This document shows positions 18,956-30,200 of a stretch of DNA of 64,000 bases, piece by piece. The DNA is taken from assembly GCA_964495555.1 (NCBI GenBank), contig CAZBWA010000002.1:11516-75515 (forward strand). Direction: 5' to 3'. A program made the position numbers and the translations under genes. The notes under the pieces were generated by a model. That model did no database searches. It was not told the origin of the DNA and was given only the letters and a program-made list of their open reading frames with translations. The DNA comes from an uncultured Bifidobacteriaceae bacterium (lineage in GTDB: Bacteria > Actinomycetota > Actinomycetes > S36-B12). Every line of letters starts with the position of its first letter. The first letter of the stretch is position 1.

Positions 18956-21900
18956 GTGAGCGGATCCACCGGTGATTTCGTCCACCTGCACGTGCACACC
19001 GAGTACTCCATGCTGGATGGAGCAGCCCGTCTACCCGATCTGATGGACGAGGTGTCGCGCCTCGGAATGCCCGCCGTCGCGATGACCGACCATGGGAACC
19101 TCTTCGGCGCCTACGACTTCTACAAGGCGGCGAAGGGCGCGGGTCTCACCCCGATCATCGGACTCGAGGGCTACTACGCACCGCAGGGTCGCTTCGAGCG
19201 GCGCCCCTTCGACTTCGGCGGTGGCTTCGACGAGGGCACTCCGGAGGACCCGGGTGCCGGGCGCGGGAAGTTCAGCTACACGCACATGACGCTGTGGGCC
19301 GAATCCACGGCGGGCATGCACAACCTCTTCCGGCTCTCGTCCCTGGCCAGCCTCGAGGGGCAGTACCACAAGCCCAGGTTCGATCGCGAACTCATGGAGC
19401 GCTACTCCGGCGGACTCATCGGGACCACCGGATGCCCCAGTGGCGAGGTCAACCGGTGGCTCCAGGCGGGCGAGTACGACAAGGCCCGCGCGGCCGCGGC
19501 CGACATGCGCGACATCCTCGGTCCGGGCAACTACTTCTGCGAGCTCATGGATCACGGCCTCGGAATCGAGCGTCGGTTCCGCGAGGACCTCGTGCGCATC
19601 GCGCGCGACCTGTCACTTCCGCTCGTGGCCACCAACGACGTGCACTACGTCCATTCCGGTGACGCGGAGACACACGATGTCCTGCTGTGCATCGGCACGC
19701 GCACCACGATGGACGACCCCCGCAGGTTCCGATTCGATGCGCGCGACTTCTACGTGAAATCGGCTCAGGAAATGCGCGATGTCTGGCGCGAACTTCCCGA
19801 GGCGTGCGATTCCACGCTGCTGATCGCGGAACGATGCTCGGTGGAATTCGCCGAAGGCGCCAATCTCATGCCCCGGTTCCCGGTGCCCGAGGGAGAGAGC
19901 GAGGACTCCTGGCTGGTCGCGGAGGTGGAGCGGGGCCTCCAGCGGCGCTACGGCGCGTCAGTGCCCGACCACGTGCGCACCCAGGCCGCCTACGAACTCG
20001 GTGTCGTGACCCAGATGGGATTCCCTGGCTACTTCCTGGTCGTCGCCGACCTGGTGCGGTACGCGAAGGAGAACGGCATCCGCGTCGGTCCGGGCCGCGG
20101 GTCGGCAGCCGGAGCGATGATCGCCTACGCCTTGGGCATCACCGATCTCGATCCGATCACGCACGGCCTGCTCTTCGAGCGCTTCCTCAACCCCGAGCGC
20201 ATCTCCATGCCGGACATCGATATCGACTTCGACGAGCGCCGCCGCGGAGACATGATCCGTTACGCGACGGAGAAGTACGGCGAGGAGCGGGTGGCCCAGA
20301 TCGTCACCTACGGGTCCATCAAGGCCAAGGCGGCGATCAAGGACAGCGCACGGGTGCTGGGTAAGCCCTATGCACTGGGGGACAAGATCACCAAGTCCAT
20401 GCCGCCGTCGGTGATGGGCAAGGACATCTCCCTCGCCGGCGTCTTCGACCCCACGGACGGGCGGTACGGCGAGGCGGGGGAGTTCCGCGCCCTCTACGAA
20501 GCGGACCCCGATGCGCGCGCGGTCATCGACACCGCGCGCGGACTCGAGGGGCTCAAGCGCCAGCCGGGTGTGCACGCCGCCGGCGTGATCCTGTGCCGCG
20601 AGCCGTTGCTCGACGTGATCCCGGTGTGGCGCCGCGAGCAGGATGGTGCGGTCATCACCCAGTTCGACATGGGCGCATGCGAGGCCCTGGGTCTGTTGAA
20701 GATGGACTTCCTTGGCCTGCGCAACCTCACCGTCCTCGATGACTGCCTACGTCACATCGAGGCGTCCGGGTCACGGGTCGTGCTCGAGGACCTTCCCCTC
20801 GACGACGCGACGACGTACGCACTCCTTGCGCGCGGGGACACCCTGGGCGTCTTCCAACTGGACGGTGGCCCCATGCGCTCGCTGCTGCGGTCCATGCAAC
20901 CGGACTCGTTCGAGGACATCTCCGCCGTGCTCGCGCTCTATCGGCCCGGTCCGATGGGTGCCAACGCCCACAACGAATACGCCGACCGCAAGAACGGGCG
21001 CAAGCCCGTCGTCCCCATCCATCCTGAACTCGAGGAACCCCTCGCCGAGATCCTCGGCGACACCTACGGCCTGATCGTGTACCAGGAGCAGGTCATGGCG
21101 ATCGCCCAGAAGGTCGCCGGGTACTCCCTGGGCAAGGCCGACCTCCTGCGTCGTGCCATGGGCAAGAAGAAGAAGGAGATCCTGAAGAAGGAGTTCGTGC
21201 CCTTCCGAGATGGCATGCGCGAGCGTGGCTACTCCGATGGCGCCATCGACACGCTCTGGGAGATCCTCGTTCCGTTCTCCGACTACGCGTTCAACAAGGC
21301 ACACACCGCCGGGTACGGGATGTTGTCCTACTGGACCGCCTACCTGAAGGCCAACTACCCGGCCGAGTACATGGCCGCGCTGCTCTCGTCCGTCAAGGAC
21401 GACAAGGACAAGTCGGCCGTCTACCTCAACGAGTGCCGACGCATGGGGATCAAGGTCCTGCCACCGGATGTGAACGACTCGGACGCGGAGTTCACGCCCT
21501 CGGGCAGTGATGTCCGATTCGGGCTGTCAGCGGTGCGCAACGTGGGGGCGAACGTCGTCGACTCGATCATCGCCACCCGCCGTCGCGTCGGACGCTTCTC
21601 GGACTTCCGGGATTTCATTGCGAAGGTCGAGCCGTCCGTGTGCAATAAGCGCACCGTGGAGTCGCTGATCAAGGCCGGCGCCTTCGACGCCCTGGGACAC
21701 ACGCGTCGCGGATTGATCGCAGTGCACGAGCAGGTCATCGACTCTGCCATCGACATCAAGCGTGCTGAAGCGGTGGGGCAGTTCGACCTCTTCGGTGGCC
21801 TCGGCGGGGAGAGCGACACGGCACTGGGTGAGAACGTCGACATCCCGCTCAGCGAATGGGACAAGTCGACGCTCCTCGCGCATGAACGCGAGATGCTCGG

Positions 21901-22489
21901 GCTCTACGTTTCGGACCACCCACTCAACGGCCTCGAGACGCTGCTCGCGATGTCGACGGACCGCAGCATCGCGTCCATCCACATGGATGAGCGCACGGAC
22001 ATCATCGCCACGATCGGCGGCCTCGTGACCGGGGTACAACGCAAGACCACCAAGAAGGGTTCCGCGTGGGCGATCGTCACGATCGAGGACCTGGAAGGGT
22101 CGATCGATCTCATGGTCTTCCCGCAGACGTACGCATCGGCGGGGGTACATCTCGTGGAGGACGCGGTCCTGCTGTGCCGGGTGCGCGTCGATGACGATGA
22201 CGACGACATGCGGGCGATCGCACTCGAGGTCTCGCCACTCGACGTCTCGGATGCGCCGACCGGTCCGGTGCGGGTGTCCATGGCCGCCTCCCGGTGCGTG
22301 CCGCCCATGGTCAACCGACTCAAGGAGGTGCTGGCGACCCACCCGGGGAGCGTCGAGGTCCACCTCCTGCTCACGGGTGGAGCCCGCACCACCGTCCTAC
22401 GTCTGGATGATGCGCTGCGCGTGGCGCCGAGCCCCGCGCTCTTCGCCGATCTCAAGGCCCTGCTCGGCCCCGCGTGCCTGTCCGGGTGA
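18956..22489 (+). CDS. dnaE: DNA polymerase III subunit alpha
   Basis: 1177-aa ORF with a PHP-domain N-terminus (FVHLHVHTEYSMLDGA), polymerase core and OB fold. Confidence 0.97.
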   Translation: MSGSTGDFVHLHVHTEYSMLDGAARLPDLMDEVSRLGMPAVAMTDHGNLFGAYDFYKAAKGAGLTPIIGLEGYYAPQGRFERRPFDFGGGFDEGTPEDPGAGRGKFSYTHMTLWAESTAGMHNLFRLSSLASLEGQYHKPRFDRELMERYSGGLIGTTGCPSGEVNRWLQAGEYDKARAAAADMRDILGPGNYFCELMDHGLGIERRFREDLVRIARDLSLPLVATNDVHYVHSGDAETHDVLLCIGTRTTMDDPRRFRFDARDFYVKSAQEMRDVWRELPEACDSTLLIAERCSVEFAEGANLMPRFPVPEGESEDSWLVAEVERGLQRRYGASVPDHVRTQAAYELGVVTQMGFPGYFLVVADLVRYAKENGIRVGPGRGSAAGAMIAYALGITDLDPITHGLLFERFLNPERISMPDIDIDFDERRRGDMIRYATEKYGEERVAQIVTYGSIKAKAAIKDSARVLGKPYALGDKITKSMPPSVMGKDISLAGVFDPTDGRYGEAGEFRALYEADPDARAVIDTARGLEGLKRQPGVHAAGVILCREPLLDVIPVWRREQDGAVITQFDMGACEALGLLKMDFLGLRNLTVLDDCLRHIEASGSRVVLEDLPLDDATTYALLARGDTLGVFQLDGGPMRSLLRSMQPDSFEDISAVLALYRPGPMGANAHNEYADRKNGRKPVVPIHPELEEPLAEILGDTYGLIVYQEQVMAIAQKVAGYSLGKADLLRRAMGKKKKEILKKEFVPFRDGMRERGYSDGAIDTLWEILVPFSDYAFNKAHTAGYGMLSYWTAYLKANYPAEYMAALLSSVKDDKDKSAVYLNECRRMGIKVLPPDVNDSDAEFTPSGSDVRFGLSAVRNVGANVVDSIIATRRRVGRFSDFRDFIAKVEPSVCNKRTVESLIKAGAFDALGHTRRGLIAVHEQVIDSAIDIKRAEAVGQFDLFGGLGGESDTALGENVDIPLSEWDKSTLLAHEREMLGLYVSDHPLNGLETLLAMSTDRSIASIHMDERTDIIATIGGLVTGVQRKTTKKGSAWAIVTIEDLEGSIDLMVFPQTYASAGVHLVEDAVLLCRVRVDDDDDDMRAIALEVSPLDVSDAPTGPVRVSMAASRCVPPMVNRLKEVLATHPGSVEVHLLLTGGARTTVLRLDDALRVAPSPALFADLKALLGPACLSG

Positions 22490-22508
22490 GGCCGGGCACA
22501 ATCGAGGT

Positions 22509-23003
22509 ATGGCATCCACGGACGAGACCCTCTACGACCTGACCTTCACCCGCAACGACGGGCAGGAGGTGGACCTCGCCGACTTCGCCGGCAAGCCCGT
22601 GCTGATCGTCAACACGGCGAGCAAGTGCGGCTTCACCCCCCAGTACGAGGGATTGCAGAAGTTGTACGAGGAGTTCCAGGACCAGGGTCTGACCGTCATC
22701 GGCTTCCCCTGTGATCAGTTCGCCCACCAGGAGCCCGGGGACGACGAGGCGATCGCGACCTTCTGCTCACGGAACTACGGCGTGACGTTCCCGCTCTCGA
22801 CGAAGGTCGACGTCAACGGATCGAAGGCCCACCCCGTCTTCCGTTTCCTGAAGTCCCGCGCCGGCGGCCTCCTCGGCTCATCGGTGAAGTGGAACTTCAC
22901 CAAGTTCCTCGTGTCACCCGACGGACGCACCGTCACGCGCTACGCGCCGAATACCAGTCCGGCCGCCATCGAGGATGACATCCGGCAGGCCCTGTCGTCA
23001 TGA
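22509..23003 (+). CDS. glutathione peroxidase (Cys-type)
   Basis: ATG at 22509. Motifs NTASKCGFTPQY, FPCDQFAHQEPG and KWNFTKFLV are present. Confidence 0.9.
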   Translation: MASTDETLYDLTFTRNDGQEVDLADFAGKPVLIVNTASKCGFTPQYEGLQKLYEEFQDQGLTVIGFPCDQFAHQEPGDDEAIATFCSRNYGVTFPLSTKVDVNGSKAHPVFRFLKSRAGGLLGSSVKWNFTKFLVSPDGRTVTRYAPNTSPAAIEDDIRQALSS

Positions 23004-23524
23004 GCGTGCAGCGGCGGGCCACGTTCGTCGTGGCCGCCGGCCTCGTATTCGGGCTGGTAATCGGCGCAGGGCTGGGCGTGCTCTGGTGGCGGCTCGTCCC
23101 GCGCGTCCCCCTGGTCATCCGCCCCGACGGTTCGGCGCCTCAGGGCTTCCAGCCCGAGGGGTATGCCGCCTCGGACGTCGTGTTCGCCCTGCTCGGGCTG
23201 GTCGCGGGCATCGCGCTCACCGTCGGTTTGGCGCGGATGCGACGCGAGCATCTGCTCTCCGTGCTCGCCGCCGCGCTGGTCGGAGCCGCCGTGGGAACGG
23301 CGGCGATGTGGTGGGTGGGATCACGTCTCGGGTCGGTGGACATCGAAGGGTTGGTGGCGACCACGCAGACCGAGATGGTGGTCGACGGGCCTCTTCAAGT
23401 GACTATGCCCGCCGCTTACCTCACATGGGGACTCGGCTCAGCGATCGTCGTGACGATCCTGGCCTTTGGGGACGTCATGCACGGTCGGTGGAGCTCGCGA
23501 TCGGAGCGACGATCGCGCTCGTGA
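23000..23524 (+). CDS. hypothetical integral membrane protein
   Basis: 174-aa ORF with ATGA overlap to gpx. It has about four hydrophobic segments and coding-like GC3. No family recognised with confidence. Confidence 0.55.
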   Translation: MSVQRRATFVVAAGLVFGLVIGAGLGVLWWRLVPRVPLVIRPDGSAPQGFQPEGYAASDVVFALLGLVAGIALTVGLARMRREHLLSVLAAALVGAAVGTAAMWWVGSRLGSVDIEGLVATTQTEMVVDGPLQVTMPAAYLTWGLGSAIVVTILAFGDVMHGRWSSRSERRSRS

Positions 23525-23960
23525 CCGAGACGAGGTCCGCGGGTGACAACGAGACCTCGAATCCACGGCGCCCGGCGCTCACGTAGATGTTCGGGTGCTC
23601 GAGTGCGCTGTCGTCGAGCACCGTGCGCGCCGAGGTCTTCTGCCCGAAGGGACTGATTCCCCCGACGACGTACCCGGTCAGGCGTTCGGCTGTCGCCACC
23701 GGACACGTGTCCACACGCTTCACACCCAGGGCACGCGCCAGTGCCTTGACATCCACTTGCGACGTCACCGGGACGATCGCCGCAGCAGGATGACGCGCGT
23801 CGAGCAGGAAGAGAATGGTCTTGAACACGACCGCGGGGTCTACGCCCATCTCCCGCGCCGCCTCGATCCCGAAGGATCGCTCGCGAGTGTCGTGGTCGTA
23901 GGAGTGGACCTCGTACGGGACACCGGACTCGGTCAGGACGCGCACGGCGGGCGTGGACAT
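23475..23960 (-). CDS. ybaK: Cys-tRNA(Pro)/Cys-tRNA(Cys) deacylase YbaK
   Basis: 161-aa minus-strand ORF with the YbaK/EbsC editing-domain pattern (VFKTILF..., TGYVVGGISPFGQK). Confidence 0.85.
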   Translation of the reverse strand: MSTPAVRVLTESGVPYEVHSYDHDTRERSFGIEAAREMGVDPAVVFKTILFLLDARHPAAAIVPVTSQVDVKALARALGVKRVDTCPVATAERLTGYVVGGISPFGQKTSARTVLDDSALEHPNIYVSAGRRGFEVSLSPADLVSVTSAIVAPIASSTDRA

Positions 23961-24628
23961 CAGTTGATCGAGCCCGCCTCACCCAGGTCCACGGAGGGCA
24001 CCGCGCCGAACGTGCGGAGGAACGTGGTCTCGCGTGCCAGGAGGGCGTGGGCGAGCACCAGGCGCTCGTCCGTCGATGGGGCGGATAGCAGTGCGTTGCG
24101 TTCGTCCGGGGGGACGACGAGTGCGGCCGTGACGAGGAAGCTCAGGACGGTCGGGTCGTCGGGCAGTTCCTGCGTGGTCTCGTCCTCCTGCCCGACGCGC
24201 GAGGCGAGCACCGCGCGATAGGTGCCGAAAGCCTCGGCCACCTCGCGTGCCAGGACGTGGGCCCGCGGTGAGGGTTCGGGCTCGTCGAGGTAGCTGACCT
24301 CAGCGCGGATCAGGGGCATGGACGTGTCGACCTCGTCGATCAGGAACCGTCGACGCCCGATGGTGGTGATGTCGAAGCGGCCATCGTCGAGTCGCTCGAT
24401 CGAACGGACCAGCACCTCGATCCCCACGGGGTAGAGGGCGTCGATCCCGTCGTGCTCGGGGGAGCGTCCCGGGCGGATGGACGTGATGCCGAAGACACGG
24501 TCGTCCTCGGGGAGGAGCAGGAGATCCTCCATCAGGCTGCGATAGCGGGGCTCGAAGATATGGAGCGGCATGACCAGCCCCGGGACGAGCACCGTCGTCA
24601 GGGGAAACAGGGCCAGGGTCGTGGACAC
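23960..24628 (-). CDS. LON N-terminal (substrate-binding) domain protein
   Basis: 222-aa minus-strand ORF with an N-terminus [29 protein letters not shown] typical of the Lon N-terminal domain. No ATPase or protease domain is present. Its stop overlaps the ybaK start by 1 nt. Confidence 0.75.
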   Translation of the reverse strand: MSTTLALFPLTTVLVPGLVMPLHIFEPRYRSLMEDLLLLPEDDRVFGITSIRPGRSPEHDGIDALYPVGIEVLVRSIERLDDGRFDITTIGRRRFLIDEVDTSMPLIRAEVSYLDEPEPSPRAHVLAREVAEAFGTYRAVLASRVGQEDETTQELPDDPTVLSFLVTAALVVPPDERNALLSAPSTDERLVLAHALLARETTFLRTFGAVPSVDLGEAGSIN

Positions 24629-24634
24629 CTCTGC

Positions 24635-24644
24635 AGCGTAAACT
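24635..24644. promoter_or_regulatory. overlapping divergent -10-like hexamers (TAAACT on + for hisD; TACGCT on - for the Lon-N gene)
   Basis: Plus strand: TAAACT at 24639..24644, 7 nt before the hisD GTG at 24652. Minus strand: TACGCT (rc of 24635..24640), 6 nt before the GTG at 24628. No SD fits either start. Sequence-pattern prediction only. Confidence 0.3.
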
Positions 24645-24651
24645 CCGCCGA

Positions 24652-25968
24652 GTGATGCGTCGGGTGGACCTCCGAGGACGCGCCTTCCGCGCCTCCGATG
24701 TCGTGCCGCGCGCCAGTATGGAGGTCGCAGACGCGGCCGAGCGGGTGCGTCCGATCATTGACGATGTACGTCACCACGGCGCCGATGCCGTGGCGCGGTG
24801 GTCCCAGAGCCTCGACGGCGTGGTCCCGCCATCCCTGCGGGTCCCCGTGGAGCGCCTGCGTGCCGCAGCCGAGGCGCTGGACCCGGTGGTCCGGGCAGCC
24901 CTGACCGAGGCGATCCGACGTGCGCGGATGGTGCACGAGGATCAGCGCCGGACGGAGACCACCACCCTCGTGGCCGCCGGTGGCTCGGTCACCCAGCGCT
25001 GGGTGCCCGTGGAGCGCGTCGGTCTCTACGTTCCCGCGGGTCGTGCCGTCTATCCGAGCAGCGTCGTGATGAATGTCGTGCCGGCGCAGGTGGCCGGGGT
25101 CGCGTCCCTCGCCGTCGTGAGTGCCCCCCAGCGCGATCACGACGGGTGGCCGCACCCGGTGATCCTCGCCGCATGTCACCTCCTCGGCGTGGACGAGGTC
25201 TACGCCGTCGGAGGAGCACAGGCCGTAGCGATGCTCGCATTCGGCGTCGACCTCCCCGGCGGCGGACAGTGCGCACCGGTGGACCTGGTCACCGGCCCCG
25301 GGAACATCTACGTGACTGCGGCCAAGCGTGCGCTGCAGGGCGTGATCGGGATCGACTCCGAGGCTGGGCCCACCGAGGTGGCCGTCCTCGCCGATGACAC
25401 CGGTGATGCCCGCTTCATTGCTGCCGATCTCATCAGCCAGGCCGAGCACGATGTCGTCGCCGCGGCGGTCCTCGTCACCACGAGCCAGAGCCTGGCCGAT
25501 GATGTTGCACGGAATCTCGAGGCGCAGGTCGCGGTGACGAAGCACTCCGAGCGCATCCGTGAGGCTCTGGGGGGTCAGCAGAGCGCGATCATCGTCGTGG
25601 ACGATCTCGATTCCGGCATCGCAGTCATCGACGCCTACGCCGCCGAGCACCTCGAGATCCATACGCGCGACGCACGAACCGTGGCCGATCGCATCCGCAA
25701 TGCGGGTGCCATCTTCGTCGGACCGTGGGCGCCGGTCTCGCTCGGTGACTACTGCGCCGGCAGCAACCACGTCCTTCCCACGTCGGGATCGGCGCGGCAC
25801 TCCTCGGGCCTGTCCGTCCAGACCTTCCTGCGCGGTATCCAGGTCATCGACTACTCCGAGGGGGCGCTCGCCGACGTCGCGCCGCATGTCGTCGCGCTCG
25901 CCGAAGCCGAGGACCTCCCGGCCCACGGCCAGGCGATCACCATCAGAACGGGTAACCCGCGACTGTGA
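24652..25968 (+). CDS. hisD: histidinol dehydrogenase
   Basis: 438-aa ORF matching the HisD family throughout (e.g. [19 protein letters not shown]). It is the first gene of the his operon. Confidence 0.95.
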   Translation: MMRRVDLRGRAFRASDVVPRASMEVADAAERVRPIIDDVRHHGADAVARWSQSLDGVVPPSLRVPVERLRAAAEALDPVVRAALTEAIRRARMVHEDQRRTETTTLVAAGGSVTQRWVPVERVGLYVPAGRAVYPSSVVMNVVPAQVAGVASLAVVSAPQRDHDGWPHPVILAACHLLGVDEVYAVGGAQAVAMLAFGVDLPGGGQCAPVDLVTGPGNIYVTAAKRALQGVIGIDSEAGPTEVAVLADDTGDARFIAADLISQAEHDVVAAAVLVTTSQSLADDVARNLEAQVAVTKHSERIREALGGQQSAIIVVDDLDSGIAVIDAYAAEHLEIHTRDARTVADRIRNAGAIFVGPWAPVSLGDYCAGSNHVLPTSGSARHSSGLSVQTFLRGIQVIDYSEGALADVAPHVVALAEAEDLPAHGQAITIRTGNPRL

Positions 25969-27080
25969 CCTCCGACTTCAATCCGCCGATCCGCGAGGAT
26001 CTCGTCGGAGTGGTGGCCTACGGCGCACCCCAGGACGAAGGACTCGTGCGCCTCAACGTCAACGAGAACCCGTTCCCGCTGCCAGCCGCCGTCGTCGACG
26101 CCCTCGCCGAGGCGACGCGGCGCGTCGCCGGGGATCTCAATCGCTACCCCGATCGGGATGCGGAACGACTCCGCGCCGACCTTGCGACCTACTTGGCGCG
26201 CGAATCCGGCGTCGACATCACGCCCACGCGTATCTGGGCGGCCAACGGCTCCAATGAAGTGATGCACCACATCCTGCTCGCGTTCGGTGGGCCGGGACGC
26301 ACGGCGCTCACCTTCCCTCCGACCTACTCCATGTATCCGGAGTACGCGCGGGACACCTTCACCCGTCTTGTCTCCGTGCCGCGGACCGCCGAGTTCACCA
26401 TCGATGTGCCACGTGCCGCCCAGGAGATCCGCGATCGTCACCCCGCGGTGGTGCTGGTGGCGTCACCGAACAATCCGACGGGTACGGGCATCTCGCTCGA
26501 GGACTTGGCGACCCTCGCCTCCTCCGCGCGGGACGTCGGTGGACTCCTCGTCGTCGACGAGGCCTATGCGGAGTTCCGGCATGCGGGCGTCCCCAGCGCG
26601 CTCGAGCTCCTGGGCAACCACCCGAATGTCATCGTGACGCGCACCATGAGCAAGGCCTTCGGGTTCGCCGGCGCGCGGGTGGGCTATGCCGCTGCAGCAT
26701 CGACGGACCTCGTCGAGGCGATGCGGATTGTGCGATTGCCCTACCACCTGTCAGCCATCACGCAGGCCATCGCGAGTGCGGCGCTCGCGCACGCCGATGC
26801 GCTCCAGGAACAGGTGGACCTCCTGCGGTCGGAGCGTGATCGCGTCGAGGGCGAACTCCGGACGGCGGGGTTCGAGGTTGCTCCCTCGGAGGCGAACTTC
26901 CTGATGTTCGGGCGCTTCGCGGATTCGGCCGCCGTCTGGCAAGCGATCCGCGATCGCGGTGTGCTCATCCGCCAGGTGGGCCCGGCCGGGTGGTTGCGCG
27001 TGTCCGTCGGAACACCCGAGGAGAACGATAGATTCATCTCCACCCTGCTGGACGTCGACGCCGTGCGGAGAGAGACATGA
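25965..27080 (+). CDS. hisC: histidinol-phosphate aminotransferase
   Basis: 371-aa ORF with a PLP-lysine context ([16 protein letters not shown]). GTGA overlap with hisD. Confidence 0.93.
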   Translation: MTSDFNPPIREDLVGVVAYGAPQDEGLVRLNVNENPFPLPAAVVDALAEATRRVAGDLNRYPDRDAERLRADLATYLARESGVDITPTRIWAANGSNEVMHHILLAFGGPGRTALTFPPTYSMYPEYARDTFTRLVSVPRTAEFTIDVPRAAQEIRDRHPAVVLVASPNNPTGTGISLEDLATLASSARDVGGLLVVDEAYAEFRHAGVPSALELLGNHPNVIVTRTMSKAFGFAGARVGYAAAASTDLVEAMRIVRLPYHLSAITQAIASAALAHADALQEQVDLLRSERDRVEGELRTAGFEVAPSEANFLMFGRFADSAAVWQAIRDRGVLIRQVGPAGWLRVSVGTPEENDRFISTLLDVDAVRRET

Positions 27081-27676
27081 ACCCCAGAACCGCGACCATC
27101 GAGCGCTCGACCAAGGAGAGCGAGGTCTTCGTCGAGGTGAACCTCGACGGTGCCGGTGTCTCCGAGATCGACACCGGCGTGCCGTTCTTCGACCACATGC
27201 TGGCCCAGTTGGCCAAGCACGGCGGATTGGACCTCACGGTGCGCACCCGGGGTGACCTGGAGGTGGACGCGCACCACACGGTGGAGGACACTGCGCTGGC
27301 ACTCGGGCAGGCGATCAACGCCGCTCTCGGGGACCGCAGCGGCCTGCGCAGATTCGGTGACGCGCTCGTGCCCCTCGACGAATGTCTCGTGCAATCGGCG
27401 GTGGATCTCTCCGGACGTCCGTACCTCGTCCACGAGGAGCCCGACCTTGTGGAACTGATCGGGTCCTACGACACCACGCTGACCCGGCACATCTGGGAGT
27501 CACTCGTCGCCACGGCGCAGATCACCCTGCACGTGCGCGTGCTCTCCGGTCGTAACGCCCACCATGTCGTCGAGGCCCAGTTCAAGTCGGTGGCGCGCGC
27601 TCTACGCGATGCCGTCGCCCGTGACCCGCGTGTCGTCGGTGTGCCTTCGACGAAGGGAACGTTGACCGCATCGTGA
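27077..27676 (+). CDS. hisB: imidazoleglycerol-phosphate dehydratase
   Basis: 199-aa ORF with IGPD motifs ([27 protein letters not shown]). Confidence 0.95.
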   Translation: MNPRTATIERSTKESEVFVEVNLDGAGVSEIDTGVPFFDHMLAQLAKHGGLDLTVRTRGDLEVDAHHTVEDTALALGQAINAALGDRSGLRRFGDALVPLDECLVQSAVDLSGRPYLVHEEPDLVELIGSYDTTLTRHIWESLVATAQITLHVRVLSGRNAHHVVEAQFKSVARALRDAVARDPRVVGVPSTKGTLTAS

Positions 27677-28320
27677 CGTCCGTGGTGGTCCTGGACTACG
27701 GCTCGGGCAATCTCCGCTCCGCGCAGCGTGCACTGGAGCGTGCCGGTGCGCAGGTGGACGTGACCGCGGATCCCGTACGTGTCCAGGAGTGTGACGGACT
27801 GGTGGTCCCCGGCGTCGGTGCCTTCGCCTCGTGCATGGAGGGCCTCCGGGCTATCGGCGGTGATGCGCTGATCGATCGTCGCCTCGCCGGTGGACGACCC
27901 GTCCTCGGGATATGCGTGGGGATGCAGATCCTGTTCGAATCCGGTGTGGAGAACGGCGTCACCACGGAAGGACTGGGTCAGTTCCCCGGCGTCGTGGAGC
28001 GACTCGATGCGCCGGTGCTCCCGCACATGGGGTGGGACACGGTGCGGACATCGCCGGAGTCCGCGCTCCTGCGTGAACTCGACGGGCGCATGTTCTATTT
28101 CGTGCACAGCTACGGAGTACGCGCGTGGGACTGGGTGGGAACCGATCCGCGACGACCAGCACCCGTCGTCAGCTGGTGCGACTACGGCGCGCCCTTCATC
28201 GCGGTGATCGAGAACGGACCGTTGTCCGGGACCCAATTCCACCCCGAGAAGTCAGGTGACGCTGGAGCGGCGCTCCTGGCCACGTGGGTGGGGTCGCTAC
28301 GCGGCCCCTCGCTACTGTGA
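27673..28320 (+). CDS. hisH: imidazole glycerol phosphate synthase, glutamine amidotransferase subunit
   Basis: 215-aa ORF with the class-I GATase nucleophile context GICVGMQIL and FVHSY. Confidence 0.93.
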   Translation: MTSVVVLDYGSGNLRSAQRALERAGAQVDVTADPVRVQECDGLVVPGVGAFASCMEGLRAIGGDALIDRRLAGGRPVLGICVGMQILFESGVENGVTTEGLGQFPGVVERLDAPVLPHMGWDTVRTSPESALLRELDGRMFYFVHSYGVRAWDWVGTDPRRPAPVVSWCDYGAPFIAVIENGPLSGTQFHPEKSGDAGAALLATWVGSLRGPSLL

Positions 28321-28324
28321 CCCG

Positions 28325-29086
28325 ATGCTGACACTCCTTCCCGCAGTCGACGTCGCCAATGGCCAGGCCGTGCGCCTCGTGCAGGGTGCCGCGGGCAGTG
28401 AGACCGTGTACGGCGCCCCCCTCGACGCCGCGACCCAGTGGGTCCGTCAGGGAGCCACATGGATTCACCTGGTGGATCTCGACGCCGCTTTCGGTCGCGG
28501 CTCCAATGCCGATCTCATCACGTTCGTCGTGCGTCACCTGCGTGACCAGGTCCACGTCGAACTGTCCGGGGGCATCCGCGACGACGAGTCGTTGGCGTGG
28601 GCGCTGGGGACCGGATGCACGCGTGTGAACATCGGCACCGCGGCCCTCGAAGACCCCGACTGGACCGAGCGCGTCATCGCCGAGCACGGCGATCGCATCG
28701 CGGTCAGTCTCGATGTCCGCGGTCACACGCTGGCTGCGCGCGGGTGGACCCAGGAGGGCGGTGACCTGTGGGAGGCCCTCGGGCGTCTCGATGCCGCCGG
28801 GTGCGCGCGCTACGTGGTGACCGACGTGTCCAAGGACGGCACCATGAAGGGCCCCAACTTCCATCTCCTGCGCGACGTCTGCTCGGCGACGCAGCGTCCC
28901 GTGATCGCGTCGGGGGGCATCGCGCACTTGGAGGACCTCCACAAGCTGGCGGACATGGCCCCGCACGGGATCGAGGGGGCGATCATCGGTCGCGCCCTCT
29001 ACGACGGTGCGTTCAGCCTCGCCGAGGCCATCGCAGCGCTCGAGCCTCGGTTCGATCCATATGAGTGGGGCCCGCCGCGGCCATGA
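28325..29086 (+). CDS. hisA: ProFAR isomerase HisA; in Actinobacteria usually the dual-substrate HisA/TrpF enzyme (PriA type)
   Basis: ATG at 28325 ([21 protein letters not shown]). (beta-alpha)8 HisA pattern, sitting between hisH and hisF. Confidence 0.9.
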   Translation: MLTLLPAVDVANGQAVRLVQGAAGSETVYGAPLDAATQWVRQGATWIHLVDLDAAFGRGSNADLITFVVRHLRDQVHVELSGGIRDDESLAWALGTGCTRVNIGTAALEDPDWTERVIAEHGDRIAVSLDVRGHTLAARGWTQEGGDLWEALGRLDAAGCARYVVTDVSKDGTMKGPNFHLLRDVCSATQRPVIASGGIAHLEDLHKLADMAPHGIEGAIIGRALYDGAFSLAEAIAALEPRFDPYEWGPPRP

Positions 29087-29862
29087 CGCTCGCGGTCCGC
29101 GTGATCCCGTGCCTCGATGTCGACGACGGCCGGGTCGTCAAGGGGGTCAACTTCACCAATCTCACCGATGCGGGTGATCCCGTCGAGTTGGCGGCGGCCT
29201 ATGACGCTGCGGGAGCCGACGAGCTCGTGTTCCTCGACATCACCGCCTCCAGCAGCGGGCGGGCGACCATGCTCGACGTCGTGCGCCGCACCGCGGACAC
29301 GGTGTTCATCCCGGTGACCGTCGGCGGGGGAGTCCGATCGGTGGAGGACTTCGACTCCCTCCTGCGTGCGGGTGCGGACAAGGTCGGCGTCAATACCGCA
29401 GCGATCACCGATCCCGATCTCCTGAGTCGCGCAGCGCGGCGGTTCGGTGCGCAGTGCGTGGTCCTCTCCCTCGACGTCCGGCGGTGCCAGGGCGACACCG
29501 TGACGCCGAGCGGCTTCGAGGTGACCACGCACGGCGGGCGTCGGGGGACCGGCATGGACGCCGTCGCATGGGCCCGCGAGGGGCAGGAGCGCGGTGCCGG
29601 AGAGATCCTGCTGAACTCGATGGACGCCGACGGCACTCGAGCGGGATTCGATCTGGAACTGATCGCGGCGGTGCGCGGAGTGGTGTCGATCCCGATCATC
29701 GCCAGCGGGGGAGCGGGGGCGCCCGCGGACTTCCCACCTGCCGTCGTCGCAGGTGCCGACGCGGTCCTGGCTGCCAGCATCTTCCACTTCGGCACGGTCG
29801 CCATCGACGAGGTCAAGGCGGCGCTGACCGAGGCCGGATTCCCGGTGCGCGGCAGGATGTGA
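29083..29862 (+). CDS. hisF: imidazole glycerol phosphate synthase, cyclase subunit
   Basis: The ATG at 29083 overlaps the hisA stop (ATGA). N-terminus [19 protein letters not shown]. Confidence 0.95.
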   Translation: MTLAVRVIPCLDVDDGRVVKGVNFTNLTDAGDPVELAAAYDAAGADELVFLDITASSSGRATMLDVVRRTADTVFIPVTVGGGVRSVEDFDSLLRAGADKVGVNTAAITDPDLLSRAARRFGAQCVVLSLDVRRCQGDTVTPSGFEVTTHGGRRGTGMDAVAWAREGQERGAGEILLNSMDADGTRAGFDLELIAAVRGVVSIPIIASGGAGAPADFPPAVVAGADAVLAASIFHFGTVAIDEVKAALTEAGFPVRGRM

Positions 29863-29864
29863 CC

Positions 29865-30200
29865 ATGGCGCTCGTCGACGATCTCGGTGTCCGATTCGAC
29901 TCCGCCGGCCTTGTTCCTGTGATCGCCCAGCAATGGGACTCCGGCGAAGTCCTCATGATGGCGTGGATGGATGCGGAGGCACTCCAGCGCACGCTCGACA
30001 CCGGCGAGGCTACGTACTTCTCCCGGAGCCGTCAGCAGCAATGGATCAAGGGTGAGACATCGGGACACCGGCAACATGTCCGCGAGGTCCGTATCGACTG
30101 CGACGGGGACAGTCTGCTCATCCTCGTGGATCAGACCGGGCCGGCGTGTCACACAGGTCAGCGCAGCTGCTTCGACACCGCGCGCACGGTGATCACGTGA
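29865..30200 (+). CDS. hisI: phosphoribosyl-AMP cyclohydrolase
   Basis: ATG at 29865 (an alternative GTG lies at 29859). Motifs [19 protein letters not shown] and [20 protein letters not shown] are present. Confidence 0.9.
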   Translation: MALVDDLGVRFDSAGLVPVIAQQWDSGEVLMMAWMDAEALQRTLDTGEATYFSRSRQQQWIKGETSGHRQHVREVRIDCDGDSLLILVDQTGPACHTGQRSCFDTARTVIT

